From an uncultured Candidatus Saccharibacteria bacterium (GTDB lineage Bacteria > Patescibacteriota > Saccharimonadia > CAZBQI01), in assembly GCA_964494105.1 (NCBI GenBank), contig CAZBQI010000006.1, forward strand, positions 1 to 49,776: a DNA stretch of 49,776 nucleotides, written 5' to 3'. The notes beneath the pieces were generated by a model. It did not search any database, was not told the origin of the DNA, and was given only the letters and a program-made list of their open reading frames with translations. Both the position numbers and the translations under genes were made by a program. Positions 17,833 through 26,690 of the stretch are shown piece after piece; the first letter of the stretch is position 1; each line of letters begins with the position of its first letter.

Positions 17833-20037
17833 TTATCCGAAACGCCGCTCAAGTTCTCTTATAGCTTTTTCAAAAAATGGTGGTATACGTATACCAGTTA
17901 ACTCGCTTCTCCTTAATTGCTCAGGGTAAGCTGCGCTCCAAATTTTATCAAGCGGAATACCTGCATCCTCCCAATACGCCAGTGGATCTTCTTTAAATTC
18001 TTTTATTTTTTTAAAAGCTTCGTCATAGTCTTTGAACCTGTGAACAGTGTTTTTCAACCAAGGCTGGCCAAGAATTCCTTTTTTACTTTTCACCACAGCA
18101 CCGTCAACAAAAATATCCGTCGTATCAGAAACGGTACGGGTAAATTCGCGCAAACCCTTAAAAACGTCTCGCTCATCAACAAAAATTAGCGGACCTGGCA
18201 ATCCGCTAAATAATTTTTGTGCAGTCTGTGACATTAGGTGTTCCATTCCTGTGCCAGTTCCGCCAACATTAAATATTCTAATAGTACTTAAATGCTCCAG
18301 AACTGATTGGCGATGAAACAGTGCCTCTAATTTGCTACCGACTACTGCATGCGGCCCTTCATATACTCCACCTTGCCCAAGTGCCTCCGCATCAATTGCA
18401 TGCCCTATACTAAATAAGCCTTTGGAGCGACCAATAACGTCTGTCTGATACATAATACCAGGCCCATTGCCATGTATTAGACCAACTTTTCCAGAGTCGT
18501 TAAAAAGCCCCCCGAGATTATCAAAAAATCTAACAAGCTGGGGAGCAAACGCTTCCCCTACCTCGGGCTCTGCGCCACCAAACATTGCTACAGTTAATGA
18601 TAAGTCTTCTAGTTCTCTTATTTTATTTGGCCATACCCAAAAGCCACTCCGGTGAAATTCACGAAAGCCACTTTCGCCTTCCCAACCTATATGCACGCCT
18701 GCTCTTGCTAAGCCAGTTAATATCGTGTGGTCTTCTTGAGTCATTGCTAAGGGTCCAAAATCTCGGACTATAAACATCCGCGCATCACTTCGCTCAAATA
18801 ATACCTGCATGTCTCTTGGGGTTAGCCGCTCAGCTATAACAGCTCTGCTCCTCTCACCAGCGTTTGTTAACCCACTAGTAAGCTCTCCTAATTGTTCAAA
18901 ACCGATGGCAATTCCTCTTTCGGCTGCTGCTCGGTCTAAAGCCACTGAAATATTAAAGACTTCGTGATCATGGACGCCAGTTTGGTCCACAGCGCTTATA
19001 CCTCGGTGACTTAGTGCTAACGCAGAGACGCGCTTTTCATCCATCGTCCCAAAGATCGCATCAAGCGAACCTTCCCCGCTAAATAGCTCAAGGGGATTAT
19101 TGCCGTATATATGATGGCGCTGCCTTTCCTCTGGTGTCAAACGGCTAAACTGCGCAAAAACTGGTTCAGCCTGGGGTCGGTTTAATCGATACAGCCTCAA
19201 AGCTACACGCACATCAGACAATGACAGGTTATCCTGTCTATTTACTATCTCGATTTGACGCAATCGGTCTCGAGGATCAATAAATGTACCAGTTCCAGTT
19301 AATCTGTATGGGTCAAAGACTCTGCCACTATTAATTTGCTCGGCATCAATTGGCTCGCCCTCGGCATCAAAAAGCTGGTTCTGCACTTCTACTAAATAAG
19401 GACCGACGGAAAACTGCGCACCAAATATTGAAAATTCGTCAAGCTGATGGTCGGCGCCCGTCTCTCTAGCGGCAGTGTATTTTCTCGCAGCTGACCGCCC
19501 GTGTTTAGCAACGCTCAAAAGAGCATCGGGGTGACCAACTAAGAAACTTTCGTTCAATACAAACTCATAGTCTGCCAAGGGAACCAGAACACTGCCGTCG
19601 TCTCGAATTGTATAAGAGTCTCCTGGAAAAAATAATTTTTTATCAATAGCCTTTTTCACTTCTACCTCATCAACAGGTGTAATTTCGGTTTTATCTAAAA
19701 TTCGGCCAAAGGGTAGCAGACTGCCTTCATGCAGCAACAAATCGTTTTTCCCTGTAGGCAACCCACTAACAACTTCAGTCAGTCGCTCACCCAGTGTTGA
19801 ATAGTGCTGAAGATTCACAGGAACATAGATACCGCCGTCTGCCTGCACTATATCTCTCTGATAATCTTGCTCAACTCCGCTCGCCAACTGCGCTAATGCG
19901 CTGCGTCCTATCAACTGCGCCTGATCACCTAACCTCGCTACCTGTTCGGCACCTAAGGCAGTATCGTCCCAGCGCAGAAAGTACTCAGTGGTAGCAGTAT
20001 CTCTCGCTAAATGGCCATCGGCCGACAACTCACTCAT
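17833..20037 (-). CDS. Large LOG/SLOG-family nucleotide phosphoribohydrolase-like protein with an unrecognised ~480-aa N-terminal region
   Basis: VAMFGG, HGNGPGIM, FHRQ, VGGTGTGME (variant of PGGxGTxxE) and PLIFVD in the C-terminal third. Confidence 0.65.
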   Translation of the reverse strand: MSELSADGHLARDTATTEYFLRWDDTALGAEQVARLGDQAQLIGRSALAQLASGVEQDYQRDIVQADGGIYVPVNLQHYSTLGERLTEVVSGLPTGKNDLLLHEGSLLPFGRILDKTEITPVDEVEVKKAIDKKLFFPGDSYTIRDDGSVLVPLADYEFVLNESFLVGHPDALLSVAKHGRSAARKYTAARETGADHQLDEFSIFGAQFSVGPYLVEVQNQLFDAEGEPIDAEQINSGRVFDPYRLTGTGTFIDPRDRLRQIEIVNRQDNLSLSDVRVALRLYRLNRPQAEPVFAQFSRLTPEERQRHHIYGNNPLELFSGEGSLDAIFGTMDEKRVSALALSHRGISAVDQTGVHDHEVFNISVALDRAAAERGIAIGFEQLGELTSGLTNAGERSRAVIAERLTPRDMQVLFERSDARMFIVRDFGPLAMTQEDHTILTGLARAGVHIGWEGESGFREFHRSGFWVWPNKIRELEDLSLTVAMFGGAEPEVGEAFAPQLVRFFDNLGGLFNDSGKVGLIHGNGPGIMYQTDVIGRSKGLFSIGHAIDAEALGQGGVYEGPHAVVGSKLEALFHRQSVLEHLSTIRIFNVGGTGTGMEHLMSQTAQKLFSGLPGPLIFVDERDVFKGLREFTRTVSDTTDIFVDGAVVKSKKGILGQPWLKNTVHRFKDYDEAFKKIKEFKEDPLAYWEDAGIPLDKIWSAAYPEQLRRSELTGIRIPPFFEKAIRELERRFG

Positions 20038-20107
20038 ATGAGGTACGGTAACACTTTATTGTATATTTAGCAATATTCTAGAATAACCACACTCAATTAC
20101 TTATTTC

Positions 20108-20134
20108 TTTTTCCAAGGCCGGGCCTTGGAAAAA
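20108..20134. repeat. Perfect 13-bp inverted repeat around one central base
   Basis: TTTTTCCAAGGCC-G-GGCCTTGGAAAAA. Confidence 0.9.
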
Positions 20135-20201
20135 GTTGAAGCTAATTACTTGCCTTTTAGCCAAAGAATTGGATCATTAGCTAGTAAACGTGCGATGGCG
20201 C

Positions 20202-20960
20202 TTACTCAGGTTTTTCTTCGTGGAACGCTTCTGCCGCTGTTTTGATTTCCTGCCATTCACGATAGGTGTATGTTGGTACATTATTAGGCTCAAAAGGCTC
20301 CCCGCTACTAACTGCTTCCTGTTTAAGTTGTTTCGCGTGCATATCGTTCGCCTGCGTCGCCCAACCGCGCTTGGATCGATTACTTGCCTGCTTTTTCTGA
20401 TGGAAATACTTTAGCTCTTCAGGCGTCATTGAGCCAACATTGTGCCAATCTTCCTCGCCCCAAACATCGGGGCGCTCTACGCGCCTATCAAATCCTTCTT
20501 CCAATGCAGACCATAGTAGCTCACTGGCAAAACGGTCAACTAGCAACTCGGCAACTTCATCGTGAGCGGTTACTGCGTTGCTAAACCTCAAGCTTAAATC
20601 GGCAAGTCGCTCCTGCAAGACACGATTTACATCAATATTATGGAAGCTATTTCTGAACACTTCAAGCACACTTCGCGCACTAACTTCAAGTTCAGGATCT
20701 TCTAGCTTTGTGTCTGAATTAGCCATTCTAATTGCAGCAGACAGAACGCCCATTTCATCAAGTAAATGCCCTGCTTCTGCGTCCCCTTCCCGAGATTCCT
20801 GCGCAACGGATGCCGCTATCTCTGCAATCGGTGTGCCGACAGGGAATTGCATTTGTGCCGTAGATAATCCAATCCTTGCAATATCGTCTACATCATAGGG
20901 AATAACAACCTCGCCAGAATCATTTCTAAGCGGTTCTCCTTGTTCTTGTCCAACACTCAT
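20202..20960 (-). CDS. Hypothetical acidic protein
   Basis: 252-aa ORF filling the gap, with its own consensus promoter; no family recognised. Confidence 0.75.
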   Translation of the reverse strand: MSVGQEQGEPLRNDSGEVVIPYDVDDIARIGLSTAQMQFPVGTPIAEIAASVAQESREGDAEAGHLLDEMGVLSAAIRMANSDTKLEDPELEVSARSVLEVFRNSFHNIDVNRVLQERLADLSLRFSNAVTAHDEVAELLVDRFASELLWSALEEGFDRRVERPDVWGEEDWHNVGSMTPEELKYFHQKKQASNRSKRGWATQANDMHAKQLKQEAVSSGEPFEPNNVPTYTYREWQEIKTAAEAFHEEKPE

Positions 20961-20987
20961 AAATACGTACCCAATTAATATTAACCT

Positions 20988-21016
20988 ATATTATAACTTT
21001 ATTTATTACTTGTCAA
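20988..21016 (-). promoter_or_regulatory. sigma70-type promoter for the 252-aa orphan
   Basis: TTGACA (21016-21011), 17 bp, TAATAT (20993-20988). Confidence 0.7.
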
Positions 21017-21089
21017 TTGTTTATTCTACGAAGTATTGTACAGTATGTTTTTGCGACAAACAATAAGGATATCGGTCGTAATCTATGCT

Positions 21090-21422
21090 TTAAAATAGCT
21101 TGCCCCCAAGTGGCACATCTTTTGTGGGTGCAACCAAAACTGCCTTGCCGTTTTCATCTGGAAAACCAAGCGTTAACACCTCACTGACTGCCGGGCCAAT
21201 CTGCCGAGGCGGAAAATTCACCACACAGGCAACTAATTTGTTCGCGAGCTCTTCTTTAGAATAATTTGGTGGAAACTGCCCAACCGATTTTTTGATACCA
21301 ATTTCGGTGCCAAAGTCTATCTTTAGCTTATAGCTCGGGTTCCTCGCCTCAGGGTAATCCTCTACCTCAATAATTTTACCAACACGTATATCGACTTTTT
21401 CAAAATTTTCGTAATCAATCAT
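21090..21422 (-). CDS. csaA: tRNA-binding/chaperone protein CsaA (Trbp111-like OB fold)
   Basis: FEKVDIRVGKI, IDFG, VVNFPPRQIG...SEVLTLG. Confidence 0.93.
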   Translation of the reverse strand: MIDYENFEKVDIRVGKIIEVEDYPEARNPSYKLKIDFGTEIGIKKSVGQFPPNYSKEELANKLVACVVNFPPRQIGPAVSEVLTLGFPDENGKAVLVAPTKDVPLGGKLF

Positions 21423-21427
21423 GGTTT

Positions 21428-22144
21428 TTATGATAGCATGTAGCCCCCGAAGTGCGTCATGTTTGCATGGTTAGTTACCAATGCAGCTACCCGAGGTGTA
21501 TCTTGCTCAAGAGGTACATCGAGCCCGTGGAAAGACTGCAGACCACATACGTCTGCTCCGTTTACTATCAGTCTATCGCCCTCTTGCAGGCGAATCAGTG
21601 TAGCCTGTGCTGGATCAGCCGTGCGTCCAACTAAAAAGTCGACCTCGCCCAAAATATTCCACACCTCAATTGAAGGTGCATTTGCATTGCCGTCGTAGTC
21701 TCGATGCATCCCCATCCCGGAGCCTCTAGGATATTCTTTGACGGAAATTCTCGGTGTAAGGTAGGCTCGGTCAAACAAATTACTCGCAAAACCCATAATC
21801 ACCTCCAGACGATTAGCTAGAAGTGAAGAAAAAATCGCTTCAACCTCACGAGATTGCCCTAAAAATGCATTCGGGCGCGCACTACTATAAAAGCCCTTGC
21901 GAGTTTCAAGTATTTCATCTTCCGTTTTAATTACTAATGCACCCACCAGCCACTGGCGAAAGACTTCTGGGATGCCTCCGGCCAAATGCAAATGCGTGTC
22001 TGATCCAAGCGCGGCATAAGTGCGCTGTAGATGCTCTATTGATTCTATCTCTGCCAATGCGCGTTTTGCAGCTTCATATCGCACTCCCTCGAGTGTTTCG
22101 GCTTTAAACTCACGTCCATCAGCAGTTGCCTCACTATGTATCAT
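21428..22144 (-). CDS. 2OG-Fe(II) dioxygenase superfamily protein (AlkB-like fold)
   Basis: YPRGSGMGMHRD (HxD), distal SFHG His, TPRVA Arg; SD AGAGGT. Confidence 0.7.
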   Translation of the reverse strand: MIHSEATADGREFKAETLEGVRYEAAKRALAEIESIEHLQRTYAALGSDTHLHLAGGIPEVFRQWLVGALVIKTEDEILETRKGFYSSARPNAFLGQSREVEAIFSSLLANRLEVIMGFASNLFDRAYLTPRISVKEYPRGSGMGMHRDYDGNANAPSIEVWNILGEVDFLVGRTADPAQATLIRLQEGDRLIVNGADVCGLQSFHGLDVPLEQDTPRVAALVTNHANMTHFGGYMLS

Positions 22145-22170
22145 AGCGTTACCTCTTTCGATTACTGTTT

Positions 22171-22204
22171 AAAAATAAAAAAGCCCCCGTGTGTTACGAG
22201 GGGC
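22171..22204 (-). terminator. Rho-independent terminator (candidate attenuator 3:4 stem)
   Basis: Minus strand GCCCCTCGT-AACAC-ACGGGGGC followed by TTTTTTATTTTT. Confidence 0.85.
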
Positions 22205-22228
22205 AATATAATTGACTAAATTAGAGAA

Positions 22229-22294
22229 TTAACTATTACGCCCCATGGTGGGCGGCTGCGGGATTTGGAAATTGTGATTGTTTGAATAAATCAT
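22229..22294 (-). CDS. Putative leader peptide MIYSNNHNFQIPQPPTMGRNS (21 aa)
   Basis: ATG 22294 to TAA 22229 translated by hand; AGGT SD-like motif upstream; its 3' part overlaps alternative hairpins 5' of the terminator. Confidence 0.5.
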   Translation of the reverse strand: MIYSNNHNFQIPQPPTMGRNS

Positions 22295-22321
22295 ACTAAT
22301 ACCTACAGTAACATATTTATA

Positions 22322-23563
22322 CTATTGTGCAACTTTTAGAGTCTTCGTCAAATCTGCTAGCTTAACCAGCTCTGTCTTATCGCTGTCGCGCTTTTTTACT
22401 TCAGCACTAACCTTTTCTAGCGTTTTAGGGCTAACGACTACACGTTTTGGTATGCCAATTAAATCAGCATTTGCAAATTTGCTGCCAGCGCTTTCGTCAC
22501 GATCGTCATACACAGTCTTTACGCCGGCTGCCTGTAGCTTCTCGTACAAATTGTCTGCCTCCTTTTTTGACTCGCCAAGTGATATTAAATGCACTTGAGC
22601 TGGGGCAACCGACTCGGGCCAAAGAATACCCTTCTCGTCATTGAATTTTTCAACAATTACACCCATTACACGGCTTATACCTATGCCATAGCAACCCATA
22701 ATTGGCAGTTGTTGCTTGTTGTCTTTGTCGGTATAAGAAAATTTAAAGTCTTTTGAGTATTTTTGACCTAGATCAAACACATTCCCTACTTCAGCTGCTT
22801 TGGCTTCCTCTAAATCACCATTGCCACAGCTTGGGCATCTACTCCCAGGCTTTAGTTTGGCAATTTCATCTTCAACACAAAAATCGCATTTTTCGCAGTA
22901 ATATACATTGTCCTCACCTGCATCTGTCAAAACTTCAAACTCATAAGAAATTTTCTCGGAAAAATCACCGCCTGACGCTTCTGTAACTTTGGCTGTCAGA
23001 CCCATGCGTTTGTATATCTTTATATAGGCTTTTTTTACCTTCTCATAGAACCGATCGAAGTCTTCTTGATTCTCGTGAAAACTGTACATGTCTTTCATAA
23101 AGAATTCACGTCCACGCATTATGCCACTTTTGGCTCGCAGTTCGTCGCGATATTTCCACTGAATGTGGTATACGCTAAGCGGCAAATCTTTGTAAGATTT
23201 TACCTGTTTCTGCACTAATGGCGTCACTACCTCCTCCTGGCTTTGTCCAAGGGCGTATTCGTTATCGGTGCGGCTTTTGAGCTTAAATAACACATCAATA
23301 TTGTCCCAACCGCCGGTTGTCTTCCAGATACTGCTGGGATGGAGCTGGGCCATTAGAATTTCCTGCCCGCCAATGGCGTTCATTTCTTCGCGAACAATCT
23401 GCTCGATATTGCGCAATACCCTTAACCCTAGTGGCAAATATGAATATACGCCAGCCATTAACTGATCTACAAAGCCAGCTGCAGTTAATAGCTCGTGATT
23501 AACACTCTGGGCATTTTTTATGCTCGGTGTGCGGGTTTTTACAAAGTTTTGTGAAAGTCTCAT
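22322..23563 (-). CDS. proS: Proline--tRNA ligase (short form without the editing insertion)
   Basis: MAGVYSYLPLG, KYRDELRAKSGIMRGREFFMKDMYSF, MGCYGIGISR, ADLIGIP; start placed at MRLSQ. Confidence 0.97.
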   Translation of the reverse strand: MRLSQNFVKTRTPSIKNAQSVNHELLTAAGFVDQLMAGVYSYLPLGLRVLRNIEQIVREEMNAIGGQEILMAQLHPSSIWKTTGGWDNIDVLFKLKSRTDNEYALGQSQEEVVTPLVQKQVKSYKDLPLSVYHIQWKYRDELRAKSGIMRGREFFMKDMYSFHENQEDFDRFYEKVKKAYIKIYKRMGLTAKVTEASGGDFSEKISYEFEVLTDAGEDNVYYCEKCDFCVEDEIAKLKPGSRCPSCGNGDLEEAKAAEVGNVFDLGQKYSKDFKFSYTDKDNKQQLPIMGCYGIGISRVMGVIVEKFNDEKGILWPESVAPAQVHLISLGESKKEADNLYEKLQAAGVKTVYDDRDESAGSKFANADLIGIPKRVVVSPKTLEKVSAEVKKRDSDKTELVKLADLTKTLKVAQ

Positions 23564-23573
23564 ACTTAACAAC

Positions 23574-24341
23574 TCATATTTTTAGGTAGATTAATAAGAA
23601 CGCAATTAGGTTCTTTAAGCTATGTAGAATTATAGCAGGCCATAGGCTATTCGTGCTTTTGTACATCCACGCAAGGAGTAAGCCTAAAACAAAAGTCACT
23701 ATCGCCACGTTAAGTTGGCCATGTACCGCCCCAAACATAATTGAGGTTATGATGGCTGCACCAACAAAACCAATCTTTTTTGCAAAAGCCGGCAATAGCA
23801 AGCCACGGAATATTGACTCTTCAGCTACCGGCGCTATTATAACCAGTGCAACGAAAGCCATAAGTATTTGCGGTACATTAACGGCGTTCTTAAACACAAT
23901 ATCTTGGCTTTGTTCAAGATCAATATTGGGATACAAAATTGCCACGATAACCATCACAACTATTGTCCCGATAACCATTAAGGCCAACGATGCCAGCAGT
24001 GTTAGCAGTGCCTTTTTAAGTGAAAACTTTCGGAATCCAAACTCCTTTAAGCTGACTTTTCTACGGCGCAATAAAATGTAGATTAGGCCGAGCGCAATCA
24101 GTCTTGAAATACTGTAGAAAATGAAATTGGCGGTAATTGAACCGGACTCAAGCAGTTTTATAATCGAAGAAATATCAAACGGCGTATTTTTTAGCACCGC
24201 TCCCATTCCACCGATAAGCAATCCTAATAGCGCGCCTACCCCAACCATAGCTAGAATTGCTACACACAGTGCCTCAAACCAATTCCAGGGCGGATAAGCT
24301 TTCTTTGTATTGGTAGTTGCTTTAGAAGAAGCGCCGGACAT
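23574..24341 (-). CDS. CPBP (CAAX/Abi) family intramembrane glutamic endopeptidase
   Basis: EESIFRG, FGAVH, IILHSLKN motifs; multiple TM segments. Confidence 0.93.
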   Translation of the reverse strand: MSGASSKATTNTKKAYPPWNWFEALCVAILAMVGVGALLGLLIGGMGAVLKNTPFDISSIIKLLESGSITANFIFYSISRLIALGLIYILLRRRKVSLKEFGFRKFSLKKALLTLLASLALMVIGTIVVMVIVAILYPNIDLEQSQDIVFKNAVNVPQILMAFVALVIIAPVAEESIFRGLLLPAFAKKIGFVGAAIITSIMFGAVHGQLNVAIVTFVLGLLLAWMYKSTNSLWPAIILHSLKNLIAFLLIYLKI

Positions 24342-25410
24342 CAGCGTAGCTTATCAGAATTATTAAACCGATTAATACGATAAAACCGATACTATGTACT
24401 GCATTCTCAAACTGAGGCGATAGCTTTTTCTTGAGTCCCCTGGCACCAATAATCAAAGCCAGACGCCCACCATCTAGGGCCGGAATCGGCAATGCGTTCA
24501 CCACCGCTAGCGACGCTGAAATTGAAGCTATCAGCACCAAGAGATATTCGATGCCGAAACTGCCAAGGTTCTTCATGAGAAAAAACACACCGACCGGACC
24601 TGTCACAGCCTCGGTTGCGGCACTAGTGTCTGATCTCGAAAATATACCAACTACAAACCCCACTAAAGTCGTAACGATTCCGCTTAGCGTTAGCCACATC
24701 ATTTGTAGCGTGGTACCGGCTGCTACCAATGGTGCCGACCAAGTATATCGGCTCGACGATGCGTCTAGAGGCACAACGCCCAACCTTCCCTCGCCGTTGT
24801 CATTCGCTAGTTTGGTAGTGGCTACTTTTTTTTCGTCTTTGTGATTGTAAACAACCTCTACCGATTTGTCGGGTCGAGCTGAAGTTGTTTTCTGTAAATC
24901 TTCGGTTGATGCGATTGAAACACCATCTACACTCACAACCTCATCCCCGATGACCATACCAATTCCAGCCGCTGGGCTATCTTTAGACACGTCGGTAACT
25001 AACACCTGAGTTTGGAGATCCTTTTCGTTGGAAGCAATACTAAATTGATTGGGCAAAACCTTTGGCAAGCTAAAAACGGCAAGTACCAACAGAATCACGT
25101 ACACGGCCACTACATTCATAGCTACTCCGGCCAAAAGAATCTTCGTTTTCTTACCCAAAGAGACGGCACCGAAACTGTTTTTACTCTTGTCGCTATCAGT
25201 TTCGCCTTTGAGTCGAACAAAACCACCGAGCGGAATCAAATTAAACGAATAAAGGGTGCGGTGCTTACCCATTTTTTTGCCGAATAGCTTTGGCGGAAAG
25301 CCTATACCGAATTCCTCAACATCAACGCCACTTCGGCGGGCTGCGATAAAGTGTCCAAATTCGTGCACAACTACCAGCAAAGCAAATAGTAGTATTCCGA
25401 TTATTATCAT
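24322..25410 (-). CDS. rseP: Site-2 protease RseP (M50, PDZ)
   Basis: HEFGH, PLGGFV, PDZ (DSPAAGIG), NALPIPALDGG. Confidence 0.96.
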   Translation of the reverse strand: MIIIGILLFALLVVVHEFGHFIAARRSGVDVEEFGIGFPPKLFGKKMGKHRTLYSFNLIPLGGFVRLKGETDSDKSKNSFGAVSLGKKTKILLAGVAMNVVAVYVILLVLAVFSLPKVLPNQFSIASNEKDLQTQVLVTDVSKDSPAAGIGMVIGDEVVSVDGVSIASTEDLQKTTSARPDKSVEVVYNHKDEKKVATTKLANDNGEGRLGVVPLDASSSRYTWSAPLVAAGTTLQMMWLTLSGIVTTLVGFVVGIFSRSDTSAATEAVTGPVGVFFLMKNLGSFGIEYLLVLIASISASLAVVNALPIPALDGGRLALIIGARGLKKKLSPQFENAVHSIGFIVLIGLIILISYADVRRFF

Positions 25411-26111
25411 TTCTTGTCACCTCCATGACGACGTTCACGTTTCGCATACTCACGCAATACTAATGATACATCTGATTCGCCGAAATCCGGCCAGTTTTTT
25501 TTAATTGATATAAACTCGGAATAAGTAGTGCGCCAAATCATGAAATTACTTAAGCGGAGTTCGCCAGAAGTCCTCACAACAACATCTACGGGCGGAAGCT
25601 CCGGATGATATAAATAAGCGTCAAGATCGCTAGGCTCAAGCGTATCGACGTCAATTCGAGCCTTAATTAAGCGCTTAAATGCATCTATCACTTCGTAAGT
25701 TCCCCCGTAGTTCAAACAAAAAGCTACTGTACCCTCTTGGTTGTTTGCGGTCTTTTGTTCGGCAACTTCAATCGCATCAACCAACTTCTGATTCAGCTTG
25801 TCTCTACGCCCAAGAAATACCGTGCGGATACCGCGCTTATGAAGGTCATCTATTTTTGTTTCTGCCATCGTTAGAAAAAGCCGCATTAAATATTTAACTT
25901 CTTGAGGTGTCCGTTTCCAATTTTCGGTAGAAAAAATAAAAACACTAATGTAGCGCACACCGGCATCAAAAAACAGTGGTGCGCATTTTAAAAACGCATC
26001 TACCCCCCGATTATGACCTTCGAATGTCGGCAGGTCGTGCGCCTGTGCCCAACGCCGGTTGCCATCTAGAATTAAGCCGACATGCGATGGTATTGAATTC
26101 GTTTTCCCCAC
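25407..26111 (-). CDS. uppS: Undecaprenyl diphosphate synthase
   Basis: LILDGNRRWA, FSTENWKR, VRTSGELRLSNF. Confidence 0.97.
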   Translation of the reverse strand: MGKTNSIPSHVGLILDGNRRWAQAHDLPTFEGHNRGVDAFLKCAPLFFDAGVRYISVFIFSTENWKRTPQEVKYLMRLFLTMAETKIDDLHKRGIRTVFLGRRDKLNQKLVDAIEVAEQKTANNQEGTVAFCLNYGGTYEVIDAFKRLIKARIDVDTLEPSDLDAYLYHPELPPVDVVVRTSGELRLSNFMIWRTTYSEFISIKKNWPDFGESDVSLVLREYAKRERRHGGDKK

Positions 26112-26122
26112 TAAATCTTAAC

Positions 26123-26686
26123 CTAGACCTGCATTATTTCTGTACGTTTATCGGCGGCCGCCGTCTCGCACATTTTTTTAAAATCGTCTATATATTTGTC
26201 TAATTCCTTCTGGACCCAGCGTAAGTCGTCTTCGCTAATGCTACCGGCTTCTTTAGCTTTTTTCGCATCGTTTAGGGTTTCGTGACGAGCATTACGCATA
26301 CTAATGCTTGACTGTTCTACTTTTTCACCAATTTGCTTACTTAGTTGCTCGCGTCGCTCACCGGTTAAGGGCGGGACGTTAATATGAATTGTTTTGCCAT
26401 CACTTTGCGGGTTTAGCCCAGATGCCTGGTCTTCGCGAATCGCTTTTTCAATACCAGCTACATTACTTTGATCCCACGGTGTAATGCTAATGCTTTTACC
26501 GTCTGGGGTTGATATTTGGGCTATTGCCTTCAATGGCATCTCTTGCCCATATACATCTACCTTGACATCCTCAACCAGCGCTGTAGATGCCCGCCCGCTA
26601 CGAATATGCTTGAATTCTTCAATTAAATAATCGTAAGCTGCCTGCATTTTCGGCTTAGCTTTTGTGACATAGCTTTGAGCATTCAT
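26123..26686 (-). CDS. frr: Ribosome recycling factor
   Basis: IRSGRAST, PPLTGERRE, ISMRNAR; start placed at MNAQSY just after the tsf stop. Confidence 0.96.
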   Translation of the reverse strand: MNAQSYVTKAKPKMQAAYDYLIEEFKHIRSGRASTALVEDVKVDVYGQEMPLKAIAQISTPDGKSISITPWDQSNVAGIEKAIREDQASGLNPQSDGKTIHINVPPLTGERREQLSKQIGEKVEQSSISMRNARHETLNDAKKAKEAGSISEDDLRWVQKELDKYIDDFKKMCETAAADKRTEIMQV

Positions 26687-26690
26687 TTTT

